Shown piece after piece: positions 40,623-51,392 of a stretch of DNA of 64,000 nucleotides (position 1 is its first letter; each line of letters opens with the position of its first letter). The position numbers and the translations under genes were made by a program. Where the stretch lies: positions 1 to 64,000 of the forward strand of contig CBDFFH010000008.1 in assembly GCA_965246715.1 (NCBI GenBank), given 5' to 3'. This stretch comes from Chamaesiphon sp. (lineage in GTDB: Bacteria > Cyanobacteriota > Cyanobacteriia > Cyanobacteriales > Chamaesiphonaceae). Below the pieces are notes generated by a model. That model ran no database searches. It was given only the letters and a program-made list of their open reading frames with translations, and was not told where the DNA came from.

Positions 40623-41570
40623 CTACACCATCATTAATTCCCCTAGAACTTCTAAGCGAGTGACAGAACTAAGTTCGAGGAATTGTTCGGTGAGAATTTC
40701 TGAGACAGCGGGAGTTATCCAACCCATTTGTTGGAGGAGATAAATCGCGACAGCATATTTAGCACGCTTGGAACCATCACTAGATTTGATGGTTAAACCC
40801 ATGCCCTCGCCGACTCTGCCGATACATTGAATGCCTTCGGCTCCAGCTTTGCTGACAATTTCGCCATTGGTAAGCTGCATCAGTTGGGTGTCAAATCTTC
40901 CCGTCCCAGCAATCAGTTCGGGATGGTGAGTCATCGCGCGGACGATCCGTTCGAGATCTAATCGCTCCCCAGATGCTAGATAAGCATAAAGAGTTGCCAT
41001 TTGGGAGATCGGCATCAAGTAGATCGGCGCACCGCAGTCATCGCGAACGCCAATAAATTCATCTGGAGGCATTTGGAGAATTTCGGCAAATCTGCTCAAA
41101 ATTAGCTTTTGGAGCGGATGCTGGCGTTCGAGATAGTTGCCTAGCGGCCAATTGTGGGCGCGACAAACTGCTAGCATCCCGGCGTGTTTGCCCGAACAGT
41201 TATGTTCGAGGGGGCTGGTTTTTCCATCAGGAATCGGGCATTGGAGCGCTTCTGTCTCGATATCAGCTCGCCAGAGAATATTAAAAACTTGACGGGTATG
41301 AAAAATTTCTGCGGCATGGGAACTGCACATGATGGCCAGATCGCGATCGGTCAACCCATAACGTTCTAAAATCCCGCTACCAGTGACGGCTAGAGCCTGA
41401 AATGGTTTGAGTGCCGACCGAATGAAGGTAGGATGCTCGGCATCACCTGCAACTGAAAGCACGCGTCCGCGACTATCACAGACAACAGCTTGGACGTGAT
41501 GGACTGATTCAACGATGCCTTCGCGTAATAAACGAACGGAGAGCGCTGGTGATTGGGTGCGTTTAGCCAT
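40623..41570 (-). CDS. L-asparaginase II family protein
   Basis: RSALKPFQA, CSSH, HNCSGKHAGML, DDCGAP, SKAGAEG. Confidence 0.9.
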   Translation of the reverse strand: MAKRTQSPALSVRLLREGIVESVHHVQAVVCDSRGRVLSVAGDAEHPTFIRSALKPFQALAVTGSGILERYGLTDRDLAIMCSSHAAEIFHTRQVFNILWRADIETEALQCPIPDGKTSPLEHNCSGKHAGMLAVCRAHNWPLGNYLERQHPLQKLILSRFAEILQMPPDEFIGVRDDCGAPIYLMPISQMATLYAYLASGERLDLERIVRAMTHHPELIAGTGRFDTQLMQLTNGEIVSKAGAEGIQCIGRVGEGMGLTIKSSDGSKRAKYAVAIYLLQQMGWITPAVSEILTEQFLELSSVTRLEVLGELMMV

Positions 41571-41616
41571 ATTTGGGAGTTAGGGGCAAGGGGGAAAGAG
41601 GAAAGACAAGTATCTG

Positions 41617-42114
41617 TTAAACCAACCACCACAGCAAAGTACCGAGAATTAGAGTACCGACTAAAGTTGCAAAGGTAAGTTGGATACGCTTGAGGATTGG
41701 TTGAATTTCAAAGCTGACTAACAATCGATCGCGAGTTAAAATCTCCGGGGTTTTCTGCCAAGTTTGGCCGTCATACCAACCCGATTCTTCATAAAAAATC
41801 GCTTCGTTATACAATCGATTTTTGATATAAATCCAGCCTAAATATAATCTAATGGCAGCTAAGGCCACAAAGATCGAACTTCCGGCAAACGTTGTAATCC
41901 CAAACTGGAAGGGATATTTAGCGATCGGAAAGCTGGCCGCCGCCAATGGCGCAGTGACAATCGAACTCCAGATGCCCACCCAGATTAATTTAGTAATATA
42001 TTTAACAGGCTCTAATTTCGCCCAACCAAAAAACCAAGAATTTTGTAATTCTTGGTACTCATTAATTGGTTGTTGCTCTTTGGGCACCGGACAAAAAGAG
42101 CTGGAATTACTCAT
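41617..42114 (-). CDS. CGLD27/Ycf36 (DUF1230) membrane protein
   Basis: CPVPKEQQPINEY, RLYLGW, YEESGWYDGQTWQK. Confidence 0.9.
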   Translation of the reverse strand: MSNSSSFCPVPKEQQPINEYQELQNSWFFGWAKLEPVKYITKLIWVGIWSSIVTAPLAAASFPIAKYPFQFGITTFAGSSIFVALAAIRLYLGWIYIKNRLYNEAIFYEESGWYDGQTWQKTPEILTRDRLLVSFEIQPILKRIQLTFATLVGTLILGTLLWWLV

Positions 42115-42287
42115 CGATCGTGTAATGGTTATCAGGTATAAATTGGCATTGGATTTCAGACTAGCGCTGCTACCGATGCTCATGCCATGTCACTAGTGGC
42201 GATGCTTGTTGAGAGCTAAAATTTAGGGCAGCAGCCATGAAAATTCGATCGAGCTAGCAGTTTTAGATCGAATAGATTGGCGACTAG

Positions 42288-42770
42288 CTACTCCCGATCG
42301 CTTTCTTCTTCTTCAGGCAGCTCGCCCATCAAGATTGGATCGGCGCTGCGGGAAAAGCCATCATCTTTGACAGCAAATTCTGGTAGCGCGACAATCTCCC
42401 CATGACCCCAGAAAGCTTCAAGATTATAGAACTCGCGTTGTTCGGGCATCATGATGTGGACGATCAGATCGCCGTAATCTAGTAAGATCCAACCACCTTG
42501 ATTTTGACCTTCGATGCGTAGTGGCGGTCGATCGAATTCTGCCTCTAGCTTGTCGATAATCGAATTGGAAATTGCCCGGAGTTGCACTTTGGAAAAGCCA
42601 GAGACAATCAACAGATAATCGGCAAGCACGGAGACTTGAGAGATGTCAATTAGCGTCATATCGCCAGCTTTGCGATCGTCAGCGCCATCAGCAGCCAGAA
42701 ATGCTAGTTGTTCGATCGAATATTCGGGTGTTTGCTTAATAGTAGTTTCCAAGGTTGAAGTTTCAATCAT
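42288..42770 (-). CDS. rsfS: Ribosome silencing factor
   Basis: ADDRKA, LADYLLIVSG, WILLDYGDLIVHI, REFYNLEAFW. Confidence 0.94.
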   Translation of the reverse strand: MIETSTLETTIKQTPEYSIEQLAFLAADGADDRKAGDMTLIDISQVSVLADYLLIVSGFSKVQLRAISNSIIDKLEAEFDRPPLRIEGQNQGGWILLDYGDLIVHIMMPEQREFYNLEAFWGHGEIVALPEFAVKDDGFSRSADPILMGELPEEEESDRE

Positions 42771-42798
42771 GATAGATTTCTAAGATTATAAATTACGA

Positions 42799-43362
42799 CT
42801 ATGAGTTAGTCATGGCCCAATTACGGGTAAGAATCGCGCGGGGGTGGATCAGACAACGAGTAGATAGTAAGTATTGCAGCGAACTATCGCAGGTACGCCA
42901 CACCGCTTGATGTAAGTTTTGATAACTCAGTTGCCGGAGAGATTGCAATTCTTCACTATTGCCGCGTCCAGGCTCTAACGAGTCAGCGAGAAATACGATA
43001 CAACTAAGATCGCTCATCCCAGGTCTACCCAAGGTATGATCGGCGATCGCGTGGAGGATTTCTGGATCGGTAATGCCAAACTCATCGCGGGCAACGATCG
43101 CACTCACGTCGGCATGTAATAGATGCGGTGCAGCTAAATCCACTTCATCGATTTCTAGTCCTTCGGCTTGCGCCATTTCTAACAAACGTTGGGGTTTAAA
43201 ATACTTGGCCAGATCGTGCATCAACCCAGCTTGGGCGGCTGCGTGTGAATCTAACTGATAATGCTTGGCAAGCTCGGTCGCCATCTGCTCTACTCCTAGT
43301 ATATGTTGGATTCGTTTAGGAGGAACGTTATCGGTTAACCAAGCTAGAATCTTTGCACGCAC
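42799..43362 (-). CDS. yqeK: YqeK HD-domain Ap4A hydrolase
   Basis: RIQHILGV, GLMHDLAK, LLHA, HTLG, FLADSLEPGR; adjacent to rsfS. Confidence 0.9.
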   Translation of the reverse strand: MRAKILAWLTDNVPPKRIQHILGVEQMATELAKHYQLDSHAAAQAGLMHDLAKYFKPQRLLEMAQAEGLEIDEVDLAAPHLLHADVSAIVARDEFGITDPEILHAIADHTLGRPGMSDLSCIVFLADSLEPGRGNSEELQSLRQLSYQNLHQAVWRTCDSSLQYLLSTRCLIHPRAILTRNWAMTNS

Positions 43363-43438
43363 GATCGATATTTTGCTATAAAATTTCCTATTTCTATTTT
43401 AGCGGGATTATCCGCTCCAAGCGATTGTTTTACTATTT

Positions 43439-43744
43439 TTACAAATTTATACCAGCGTACAGTCGATCGATCGCGATGCTCTTGCCTAGAGATTGCACTG
43501 AGGATTTACCATCGATCGCATCAGGATACTTTTGGCGAATAATTGCAGCGTGGCGTTTTTCCATCACAAAAATCCAATCCGCCCAATTAATCAAACCCGC
43601 AGTAATTTTAATCCGCGCGCGATCTGAAGTCCCCGCCGATCTTGCCACATATCGGTTGCTCTGGTGAAATAAAGCCTCCGCAGTCGGACTGCGCCATTGA
43701 TTGCGGCTACAAATAAATAATAACTGTTCGCGATAATCGGACAT
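43439..43744 (-). CDS. Low-molecular-weight protein tyrosine phosphatase-like protein, C-terminus aberrant
   Basis: LLFICSRNQWRSPTAE (CX5R), SAGT, WADWIFVME; no recognisable DIPD/DP acid loop. Confidence 0.65.
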   Translation of the reverse strand: MSDYREQLLFICSRNQWRSPTAEALFHQSNRYVARSAGTSDRARIKITAGLINWADWIFVMEKRHAAIIRQKYPDAIDGKSSVQSLGKSIAIDRLYAGINL

Positions 43745-43774
43745 GAATAAATGGTGGCGCTACTTTAGCTAATT

Positions 43775-44368
43775 TTAGTCGGTTCGCTCGAAATAGCCCA
43801 ATTCGGTACAGATGGCATCGATTTTTAGATCCCAAGGATCGATCGGGAGTTCGTCCACATAAGCAAAATCGAACACGATGCCGATCGTCGGAATCTTTCC
43901 CCACACTGGATCTGCTCGCAGTCTGTCATAATAACCGCCACCGTAACCCAACCGATAACCTCGTCGATCGATCGCTACTGCTGGCACCAAGATCAGATCC
44001 ACCCGATCTGGCACTAGTACGGGTCGATCCGCTCCAGGTTCGGGAATGCCGTAAGCTCCATTCAACAGTTGTTCTGAAGGCTGCCAGGTGTGCCAAATTA
44101 AATCTTTTTCTACACATCGCGGCAATCCCCACCGTTTGTCGCAATTATTGAATAAACCAGCTAGATCTGGTTCTTGGCGACAGCTTTGATAAGCGAGGAT
44201 CGTCCTTGCACTAGTAAATTGCGGACAATTTTGGAGATGAGTGCAAATTCGATCGCTAGATTCCCGACAGAGCTGTTTGGCTAAATTCTGTCTTTGCTGC
44301 AGAAATCGATCGCGCAGCTCTATTTTATAATTAGCGCACATACAACAACATTTGTTTGCTTCTACCAA
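43775..44368 (-). CDS. 5-formyltetrahydrofolate cyclo-ligase
   Basis: YGIPEP, DLILVPAVAIDRRGYRLGYGGGYYDR; start uncertain (44341 possible). Confidence 0.92.
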   Translation of the reverse strand: MVEANKCCCMCANYKIELRDRFLQQRQNLAKQLCRESSDRICTHLQNCPQFTSARTILAYQSCRQEPDLAGLFNNCDKRWGLPRCVEKDLIWHTWQPSEQLLNGAYGIPEPGADRPVLVPDRVDLILVPAVAIDRRGYRLGYGGGYYDRLRADPVWGKIPTIGIVFDFAYVDELPIDPWDLKIDAICTELGYFERTD

Positions 44369-44417
44369 TAATATTTGTACTGATGAACGATCGATACTTG
44401 TCCCTAACTCACAGTAG

Positions 44418-47400
44418 CTAGGTAATTACTTGTATTTGCGAGCCATTATTGGTTTTATGAACTTCGATTCTAGTTTGGAAGGCTTCGCGAAATTGGGGCA
44501 TGTGCGTAACGGTAAGAATGCAAGCAAAATCGGCTGAGATGGCATTAATTGCGGCAATCAATCGATCGCAGCCTTCGCGATCTTGGGTACCGAAACCTTC
44601 ATCGACAATCAGCATTTGTAACGGCGTTCCCGCACGTTGGGAGAGCAGTTTGGCTAGTGCCAAGCGAATGGAAAAGTTGATCCGAAAGGCTTCGCCGCCG
44701 GAATAGGTTTCATACGATCGCGTGCCATTAGCGTCACCGATGACAATATCGAGGGTATCAATATATTTAGCAGTTTTAATACTTGCTTTTTTGACGCGGC
44801 TACCTTTGGTCGCTTTCTGGGTGATAAATTGAACGTGGAATTGATTGTTACTGAGCTTTGAGAGAATTTGATTGCTTTCGGCTTCGAGTTGGGGCAAGAT
44901 ATTTTCAATTACTAGTGCTTGAAGGCCATTTTTACCAAAGGCTTTACTCAGCTCGTCGTAGATTTTTTGCTGTTGTTTGTAAGTTGCAAGTTGCTGTTCT
45001 TGCGATCGGATTTGTGCTTTAATATTTTCTAGTTGCGTCAGTTGTTGATCGAGTCTGCCTAAAATCGAGAGATTGGTATCGAGCTGGTGGCGACGTTCCA
45101 CCAGTTGAAGTTCGATCGATTCGATTCGATCGTTAGTATCGGGAATTTTAGCAATCTCGGCACTGATTCGATCGATTTCTAATTTTGCTTGCTGTTGAGT
45201 TTCTAAATTTTGACAATTATTAGCTACTAATAATTGCATCCGATCTAGTGTTTGGGGATAGATTTGCTTGGCTTGTTGGACTTCTTGATATTGCAGTTGA
45301 ATTGCTTGTGCTTGCCGCAAATTGGTAGTAACTTGTTGATGATAATTACGATCGTATGCTAGCTCATTAATTTGCCGATCGATCTCAGTTAGTTCGATGC
45401 GTAAATCTGAATCGGTTTGCAGGCTAGTAAGATTTACTTCGAGTTCGGCAATCTTAATTTCCAAGATCCCTTTTTGCTCGATCGATTGTTTTTGTTTACG
45501 CTCGGCATCTTTGAGCCGTTGTTGTTGGATTTCTGCCCAGCGTAATTTATCAACATCGCCTCTAGCTAGAGCATGACTCTGCTCGTCATAATTAGTTGCT
45601 TGCAATCGAGCCATTAATGCGACTAATTCTGCTTGCATTTCGCTAGCGTAACTTTTCGACTCGATCGTCATTTGAATTTGGTGTTTCTCAATAGCGATTT
45701 CTTCAAGATTGACTTGCAATTCGGCGATCGAGTCTAATTTTGCTTGTAATGTCCCCCGCTGTTCGCGCAGGCTTTCATAGATATTTAATTCTTCCTTTAA
45801 CTGTTGATATTCCTTTCGTAAATCCTGCCGTTCGCGCTCGTAACGAGCTTGTTCTTCTTGGGTTGCCGAAATCTGTTGTTCGAGGTGAGCTTTTTCAGCT
45901 TCGGCACTGGCTAAAACATGTTGCCAGTGATTTTCGTCTAACGGTCGATCGCACAATGGACAACTAGCATCAGGTGTTTCTAGCAACTCGATCTTTTTGG
46001 CTGAGTCGATTAATTGGCGCTGATAGTTACGACAGTCAGCTTCAGTTCTTTGAATATGCTCGCCTTTAGCTAAACCTTTTTCTTTTAACCGCTCTTGATA
46101 TACTTTCTTGTTATCTAATTCGTTAATTCTTTCATCCAATTGCTGGCGTTGGGCGATTAATTGTGGATGTTCGTTGGCTTTGGTTTGAATTTGGCGTTCG
46201 CGTAGGAGTAGCTCATTGAGCTTAGCTTGGATTTGGGCGGTCTCCCGATCGATCTTACTCGATAATAATACTCGCTCTTGCTGAAGCGGGATGAATTCTG
46301 CTTGCAATCGCTCGAATTCGCCCAATCGCTGGCGACATAGTTGCAGTTCGGCGATACCTTTGGTAACATCTCCCGCCGTCGCTAAAATAGTGCTTAAATC
46401 GCGTTCTTGTTGCAGCGTCAGGGCTAATTCTGCCTGAGTTTTACCAAGTGTCAATTGCAACTCTTGCGCTTGGCGATCCAATTGTTGCTGTAGTTTTTGC
46501 TGCTTGGATTGCGCTTGTTGGTGCGCATCAAATTGGCGATCGAGGACTTCTGCTTGCTGTTGTAGTGCTAGATATGCTTGATAAGCGATCGAAATCTCAT
46601 CTTCGCGATTTAATAAGCCGTCCAATCGATTTTTCTCGATCGTTAAAAGTTGCAAATCTGCTTGAATTTGTCCGGCGGCTAGCACTAATTCCCGATCGCG
46701 TTTTTGCTCCCAATTTAACTGTTGTTGCCAGGTATCGCGCTGCCTGGCGATCGTTTTAACGCTTTCTAATTCGCGCTCGTCTACTGTCTGCAATTGTTGC
46801 AACTGGGCGATCTCGATCTTTACTTCACCCTGCTGTTGCTTAATCCCGTCGATTTGGGCTAATTGAATCCGATAGTCGGCTAAATTATCCGTCAGCACTT
46901 CTACTTGGAGCTTGTATTCCTTCGATCGCTCTTTGGCGCGATCTGCTAATTGCTCGTAGCGATCGAGTTTCAATAAATCTGCTAAAATTTGCTTGCGATC
47001 GGCTGGCTTTTTGAGCATAAACTCATCTGCCTTACCCTGGCGCAAATAAGCCGAGTTGATAAACGTATCGTAATCGATTTTTAGATATTCATCGATTAAG
47101 GCTTGCGTCGAACGGATCCCCTTCTGCGTCAGTGTCCGAAATTGTCCGCCATCAGTTTGAATCTGAAACTCTAAATTCCCACTGCCATCCCGCTGCCGAG
47201 AACGAATCACCCGACAAATTTCGCCATGCATCTGAAAGGTAAAATCTACCCGCACGTCCATCGCACCATTACTAATGGCATCGTCCTCACTCACCGCCCG
47301 ACACTCACCCCAAATCGCCCAAGTAATCCCCTCTAGCAGCGAAGACTTCCCCGCGCCATTCGCACCACAGATACAAGCTGTATGCAGTCCGGTAAAGTCT

Positions 47401-47456
47401 AAACTAGCTTCGTTATAGCTAAGAAAGTTCTTGAGTGATAGTTGCAGAGGAATCAT
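44418..47456 (-). CDS. sbcC: Exonuclease SbcC (Rad50-like SMC ATPase)
   Basis: GANGAGKSS Walker A, CPLC zinc hook, YSGGE signature, LIVDEGFG. Confidence 0.95.
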   Translation of the reverse strand: MIPLQLSLKNFLSYNEASLDFTGLHTACICGANGAGKSSLLEGITWAIWGECRAVSEDDAISNGAMDVRVDFTFQMHGEICRVIRSRQRDGSGNLEFQIQTDGGQFRTLTQKGIRSTQALIDEYLKIDYDTFINSAYLRQGKADEFMLKKPADRKQILADLLKLDRYEQLADRAKERSKEYKLQVEVLTDNLADYRIQLAQIDGIKQQQGEVKIEIAQLQQLQTVDERELESVKTIARQRDTWQQQLNWEQKRDRELVLAAGQIQADLQLLTIEKNRLDGLLNREDEISIAYQAYLALQQQAEVLDRQFDAHQQAQSKQQKLQQQLDRQAQELQLTLGKTQAELALTLQQERDLSTILATAGDVTKGIAELQLCRQRLGEFERLQAEFIPLQQERVLLSSKIDRETAQIQAKLNELLLRERQIQTKANEHPQLIAQRQQLDERINELDNKKVYQERLKEKGLAKGEHIQRTEADCRNYQRQLIDSAKKIELLETPDASCPLCDRPLDENHWQHVLASAEAEKAHLEQQISATQEEQARYERERQDLRKEYQQLKEELNIYESLREQRGTLQAKLDSIAELQVNLEEIAIEKHQIQMTIESKSYASEMQAELVALMARLQATNYDEQSHALARGDVDKLRWAEIQQQRLKDAERKQKQSIEQKGILEIKIAELEVNLTSLQTDSDLRIELTEIDRQINELAYDRNYHQQVTTNLRQAQAIQLQYQEVQQAKQIYPQTLDRMQLLVANNCQNLETQQQAKLEIDRISAEIAKIPDTNDRIESIELQLVERRHQLDTNLSILGRLDQQLTQLENIKAQIRSQEQQLATYKQQQKIYDELSKAFGKNGLQALVIENILPQLEAESNQILSKLSNNQFHVQFITQKATKGSRVKKASIKTAKYIDTLDIVIGDANGTRSYETYSGGEAFRINFSIRLALAKLLSQRAGTPLQMLIVDEGFGTQDREGCDRLIAAINAISADFACILTVTHMPQFREAFQTRIEVHKTNNGSQIQVIT

Positions 47457-47560
47457 GTTTTGCGCGCCCAGGTGGTTCTCCTTACTCTAGGATAGAGAGT
47501 TTTGGCACTATTGTGGTATTTTTGTGCTAGTACCATCAGTGATGCAAACGGAGATGGAGC

Positions 47561-48769
47561 CTATTTTTGATGTTCTACCTGGACTCCATTCGGGCCGACT
47601 AACGTATTGAGGAAATAAAACATACCCAAACCACCACCTAAAAATAGCGCAAAAAATATGCAAAATGCCACAATTCGTTGACCGAAATGCCGATCCCGAT
47701 CGGGATCTTGTGCCGGGATAGTTTGGGTTGGCTGTTCCGGCTCAATCGTTATGGAAAGATCGATTGGCGCGGAAAGCTGCGGCGGTGAAGCCTCAAGCGT
47801 AGTCGTCAGGGGTGGACCTGGTTCCTCGGCTAATGGGGGGAAAAAGGAGATGCCAGCATCAACTTTGGCTACTGGTTGTAGCTGGGGTGTTGCAGGCACA
47901 GTGCCATCTGAAACGATCTCTATGTCGATAATTTCGGGCTGTTGCTGTGCTACCGCTGGCTGAGATCGATCGATCTCCCGAACTCTGGCTAACTGCGGCT
48001 GGGGATCTTCACTAATATCGATCGCATCGCGTCGCTCTGGCATCATCCCTAATTCAGTTACCTCAAGACTAGAAATGCGATTGGAAATCTCACTCTGCAA
48101 CCACTGCTCGAACAATTCCTCCATCAATCGACCCTTGATATCATCGTCAAATTTGGCAGGCAGCCACTGTTCGAGTCGGACGAAGATATGAAAATTGTCG
48201 AGCTGAAATAGCGGGGATAATTCACCCGGTTTGAGGCTAGAGAGATGGTACACGATCTGGGGATGAATACGTTCTACTGGAATCGGCCCCAATACACCGC
48301 CTAGCTTGGCCTCGGCACCTTGAGAATAAAGTCGTGCTAATTTATCAAAGGATTGCCGCCGATCTTTGACTCTGAGATAGAGTTCCTGAGCCATCCCGAG
48401 ATTATCGATCTGAATCGCCGAAAAGATCGCTCGATCGAGCGATCTTTTTCGCACGAGAAAGTAAGATGGGATGCGGTGTCCCCACTGCACTTGTTGATAT
48501 TTTTTAAGTGTCAGCGATCTTTTAAACGCTTCAACTTGCCCAGGATCGCCCTGAGGTGACTTAGTTATTTGACTGATTTGATGATACAGCTCGCTGAGTT
48601 CAGCTTCGGAATAGATCGTTTGATACTCTGGCGATTGCTGCCATTGCACCAACGTTTCTTCAATAATTGACAGCCGTAGATATTGAAACAGCGCTGGGGA
48701 TGTCGTTAAATGTTGAAGTACTTTATGTAGAGGAAGTTGGCGTTGTCCCAGTTGGAGCGCATTTGGCAT
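47561..48769 (-). CDS. PpiC/parvulin-like protein with Pro-rich linker and C-terminal TM
   Basis: AQELYLR...SFDKLARLYSQGAEAKLGGVLGP...LKPGELSP; C-terminal IVAFCIFFALFLGGGL. Confidence 0.75.
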   Translation of the reverse strand: MPNALQLGQRQLPLHKVLQHLTTSPALFQYLRLSIIEETLVQWQQSPEYQTIYSEAELSELYHQISQITKSPQGDPGQVEAFKRSLTLKKYQQVQWGHRIPSYFLVRKRSLDRAIFSAIQIDNLGMAQELYLRVKDRRQSFDKLARLYSQGAEAKLGGVLGPIPVERIHPQIVYHLSSLKPGELSPLFQLDNFHIFVRLEQWLPAKFDDDIKGRLMEELFEQWLQSEISNRISSLEVTELGMMPERRDAIDISEDPQPQLARVREIDRSQPAVAQQQPEIIDIEIVSDGTVPATPQLQPVAKVDAGISFFPPLAEEPGPPLTTTLEASPPQLSAPIDLSITIEPEQPTQTIPAQDPDRDRHFGQRIVAFCIFFALFLGGGLGMFYFLNTLVGPNGVQVEHQK

Positions 48770-49070
48770 AATTCGCTAGGGATTTGGCTATTTATAACTG
48801 AGTGCTAAGCTTGAAATATTATTATAGAAATAGTAGCCCAATTTCAGGTCGATCGAGTGTAACCAAACGATCGCGTAGTCTCCAAAAGCAGCACATTGCA
48901 GCATAATAGCCCAAAACATCAGCCAAATCTACGATTTATAAGTATTTATTCAACATCATGGCTCGCTCACCCGGACGTTTTTGGCAAGAGTACCGATCGT
49001 TCGCTATAAATCAGCCTTACTTATTGCGATCGATCGCGATCTAGTTACAGCTTACGACAGCTTGATTTCC

Positions 49071-49874
49071 TTATTTACTGCCAAAATGCCAAATAACTTT
49101 GCCCACGATCGCCTCACGGGTGACAACGGCTGTGGCAACTAAATTTTCAGCATAATTGCGGTTGTCACCTAATGCAAAATAGCAGTTAGCCGGTACCACC
49201 ACTGCTAGAGAACCCACCTGTGATGCCTTAGTGACATAATCTTCCCGCAGCGGACGATCGTTAATATAAACCTTGCCATCGACGATTTTAACTGTCTCTC
49301 CAGGCAAACCAATAATTCGGTTGGTAAGTGGCTCGGATGCATTCGCCGCTCCGATTGCCTTCGATCCCTTAACGGCGATAATATCTGCGCGTTGCGGTGC
49401 TTGCGTTTGATAGCTAGTCTTATCGATGACAATCCGATCTTGTGGTTTTAAGGTAGGGAGCATTACGTCCGAGAGCATGTTGTAATATGTCAACACTTCA
49501 TCGCAGCGAGAGAGCGACCTAACCTGCTCTTCTGGCAGTTCGAGTTCCTTTAACTTTTTTGTCCCATCGCGTACCAGCGTTTTGACTACGTCCAGACATT
49601 GCGCTGCTTTGGGAATGGGAATCGTCGGATCTACGGCTGTGGGAAATTTAGTTCGACATTGGGTGAGGATATGTCGATCTCGATCGGAAATCTGCCAAGT
49701 GCTCGATCTTGCCCTTTCGATAGTTTCTTCAAAGATCTTCAGACAAAATGCTTCTGAATAGATTGGCAAATTGGGAGATGCTGTATCGCTCCAGCTCGGT
49801 TGTGCTCTCGTTACTATTCCACACATCACGACGGAGATAACGATATTACGGCGAATTTGTCTAAATATGTTCAT
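49071..49874 (-). CDS. Signal peptidase I (S26) homologue, catalytic residues substituted
   Basis: MLPTL..QDRIVIDK, RIIGLPGETV, LGDNRN, IVGKV boxes present; SDVM and TNR at the catalytic positions. Confidence 0.8.
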   Translation of the reverse strand: MNIFRQIRRNIVISVVMCGIVTRAQPSWSDTASPNLPIYSEAFCLKIFEETIERARSSTWQISDRDRHILTQCRTKFPTAVDPTIPIPKAAQCLDVVKTLVRDGTKKLKELELPEEQVRSLSRCDEVLTYYNMLSDVMLPTLKPQDRIVIDKTSYQTQAPQRADIIAVKGSKAIGAANASEPLTNRIIGLPGETVKIVDGKVYINDRPLREDYVTKASQVGSLAVVVPANCYFALGDNRNYAENLVATAVVTREAIVGKVIWHFGSK

Positions 49875-50509
49875 GTTAATGGCGATTTAAATACGATCGA
49901 TGTGAGATGGATCTAATGCTAAAAAGTGGACGATCTCTAAGTGGAGATTAGTATCTCTACACTACTTTAAATAATTGACGATCGGCGATCGCTTTCACTC
50001 GAAACTGATATCAAAGATACGACCACACTCGGTAATAAATAGATCGAATTTAGTTACACTCTGCGCTCGCGATCGAGTAATCGGGCGACTTGGCTAAAGC
50101 AGTGACGGCGAACGCTCGCTGGCGCTCGCGATGTCCGACCGATTGGACTTCATTAACTATGTCTATTTCCCATAAAATCTTTCATGGTAGATAAATTATA
50201 TACCGACAACTAAAATCGCTCCACAATCGCTTCGATCGGATCTTTAATGCCGACGCTCATTTATCAAACATGCGTTTTTTGCGAATACTTGCAGTTAATA
50301 TCTTGAAGTGTTAATGTAACTAGAATATAAATATGGACGACCATCGATTTAGAGCGAGTTATCAAAATCTAGCTACATTTAGCTTAATTATATTGGCAAT
50401 AGTTCTATTTTTTTGTGACTGATAAGTTTTTACTTCAATTGAAACTGAGATCGTTTATACAAACTTACACCTTTATTGAAAAAATGTCACCAATATTCAT
50501 CAGACATTT

Positions 50510-51100
50510 ATGAATGCCTCTTTTGGGACTTTACTCAAGCAGAGTTTTATCCAAGCTACCGCACAACTCAAACATTTTGCCCGACAAGACAACTGTTTGT
50601 CCGAGCTGCAAATAGCCTTTGGCGCGAACTTCGATCCGGCAATCGCGATCGACATTGCCAGTCAGTTTCGAGCTGGTGATTTTAGGGTATTGCCTAAGCT
50701 GCAAGTGCTGACTGAGGGCGAATTGGGTAAGGAGAATGGTGCCTATACAAGAGAATTAGATCGGATTTTAATATCTTCAGATTTTTTAGTGCAGATGAAT
50801 GGAGATGTCAATGCAGTTGCGGAATTACTAATTGAAGAAATCGGCCACAAGTTAGACTACTTGCTAAATGGGGATGTAGACAGTCCTGGCGATGAAGGTG
50901 CGATCTTTCTATTGTTAGTAACAGGATATCCACTCTCTGAAGAGATTTTAGCAGCATTGAGAGCGACAGACGATCGAGATATCCTCACAATTGGCGGTCG
51001 GCAAATATCGATCGAGAAGCAGGATTACTGGCCGATTACGGGAGATGATGAGGCAAGTCGTACGTCATTTAGCGACTTTATCAACTGGTATTTTCTCTAG
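50510..51100 (+). CDS. Hypothetical protein resembling the N-terminal domain of cyanobacterial RTX/Ca-binding secreted proteins
   Basis: GAY...I.IS..FL, LIEEIGHKLD, DSPGDEGAIF. Confidence 0.6.
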   Translation: MNASFGTLLKQSFIQATAQLKHFARQDNCLSELQIAFGANFDPAIAIDIASQFRAGDFRVLPKLQVLTEGELGKENGAYTRELDRILISSDFLVQMNGDVNAVAELLIEEIGHKLDYLLNGDVDSPGDEGAIFLLLVTGYPLSEEILAALRATDDRDILTIGGRQISIEKQDYWPITGDDEASRTSFSDFINWYFL

Positions 51101-51392
51101 AGACAGCGACACAGCTAGTTGAAAGCTGCCCCAAGCTAATCTATAGCTAGCGATTCCTGTCAAAAGATCGCATTCGATGAGTTTTACTGCCAGCGTTTAT
51201 AATAGAACCTAACAGCTTACCGATCGCGTTTCTCGAGTCAGGAATTTGCTCCAAACCAGAATTTAGGCGAGGCGCTGCAGTAAATATCACCAAACAGACA
51301 GTTCGATCTGTCTGGAGAACTGCTGACGTTGGAGCGAAAGTCTCGGTCAACTTCCGGCTTACGGTATCGATAATCGAATTCTCCCCAAATAT

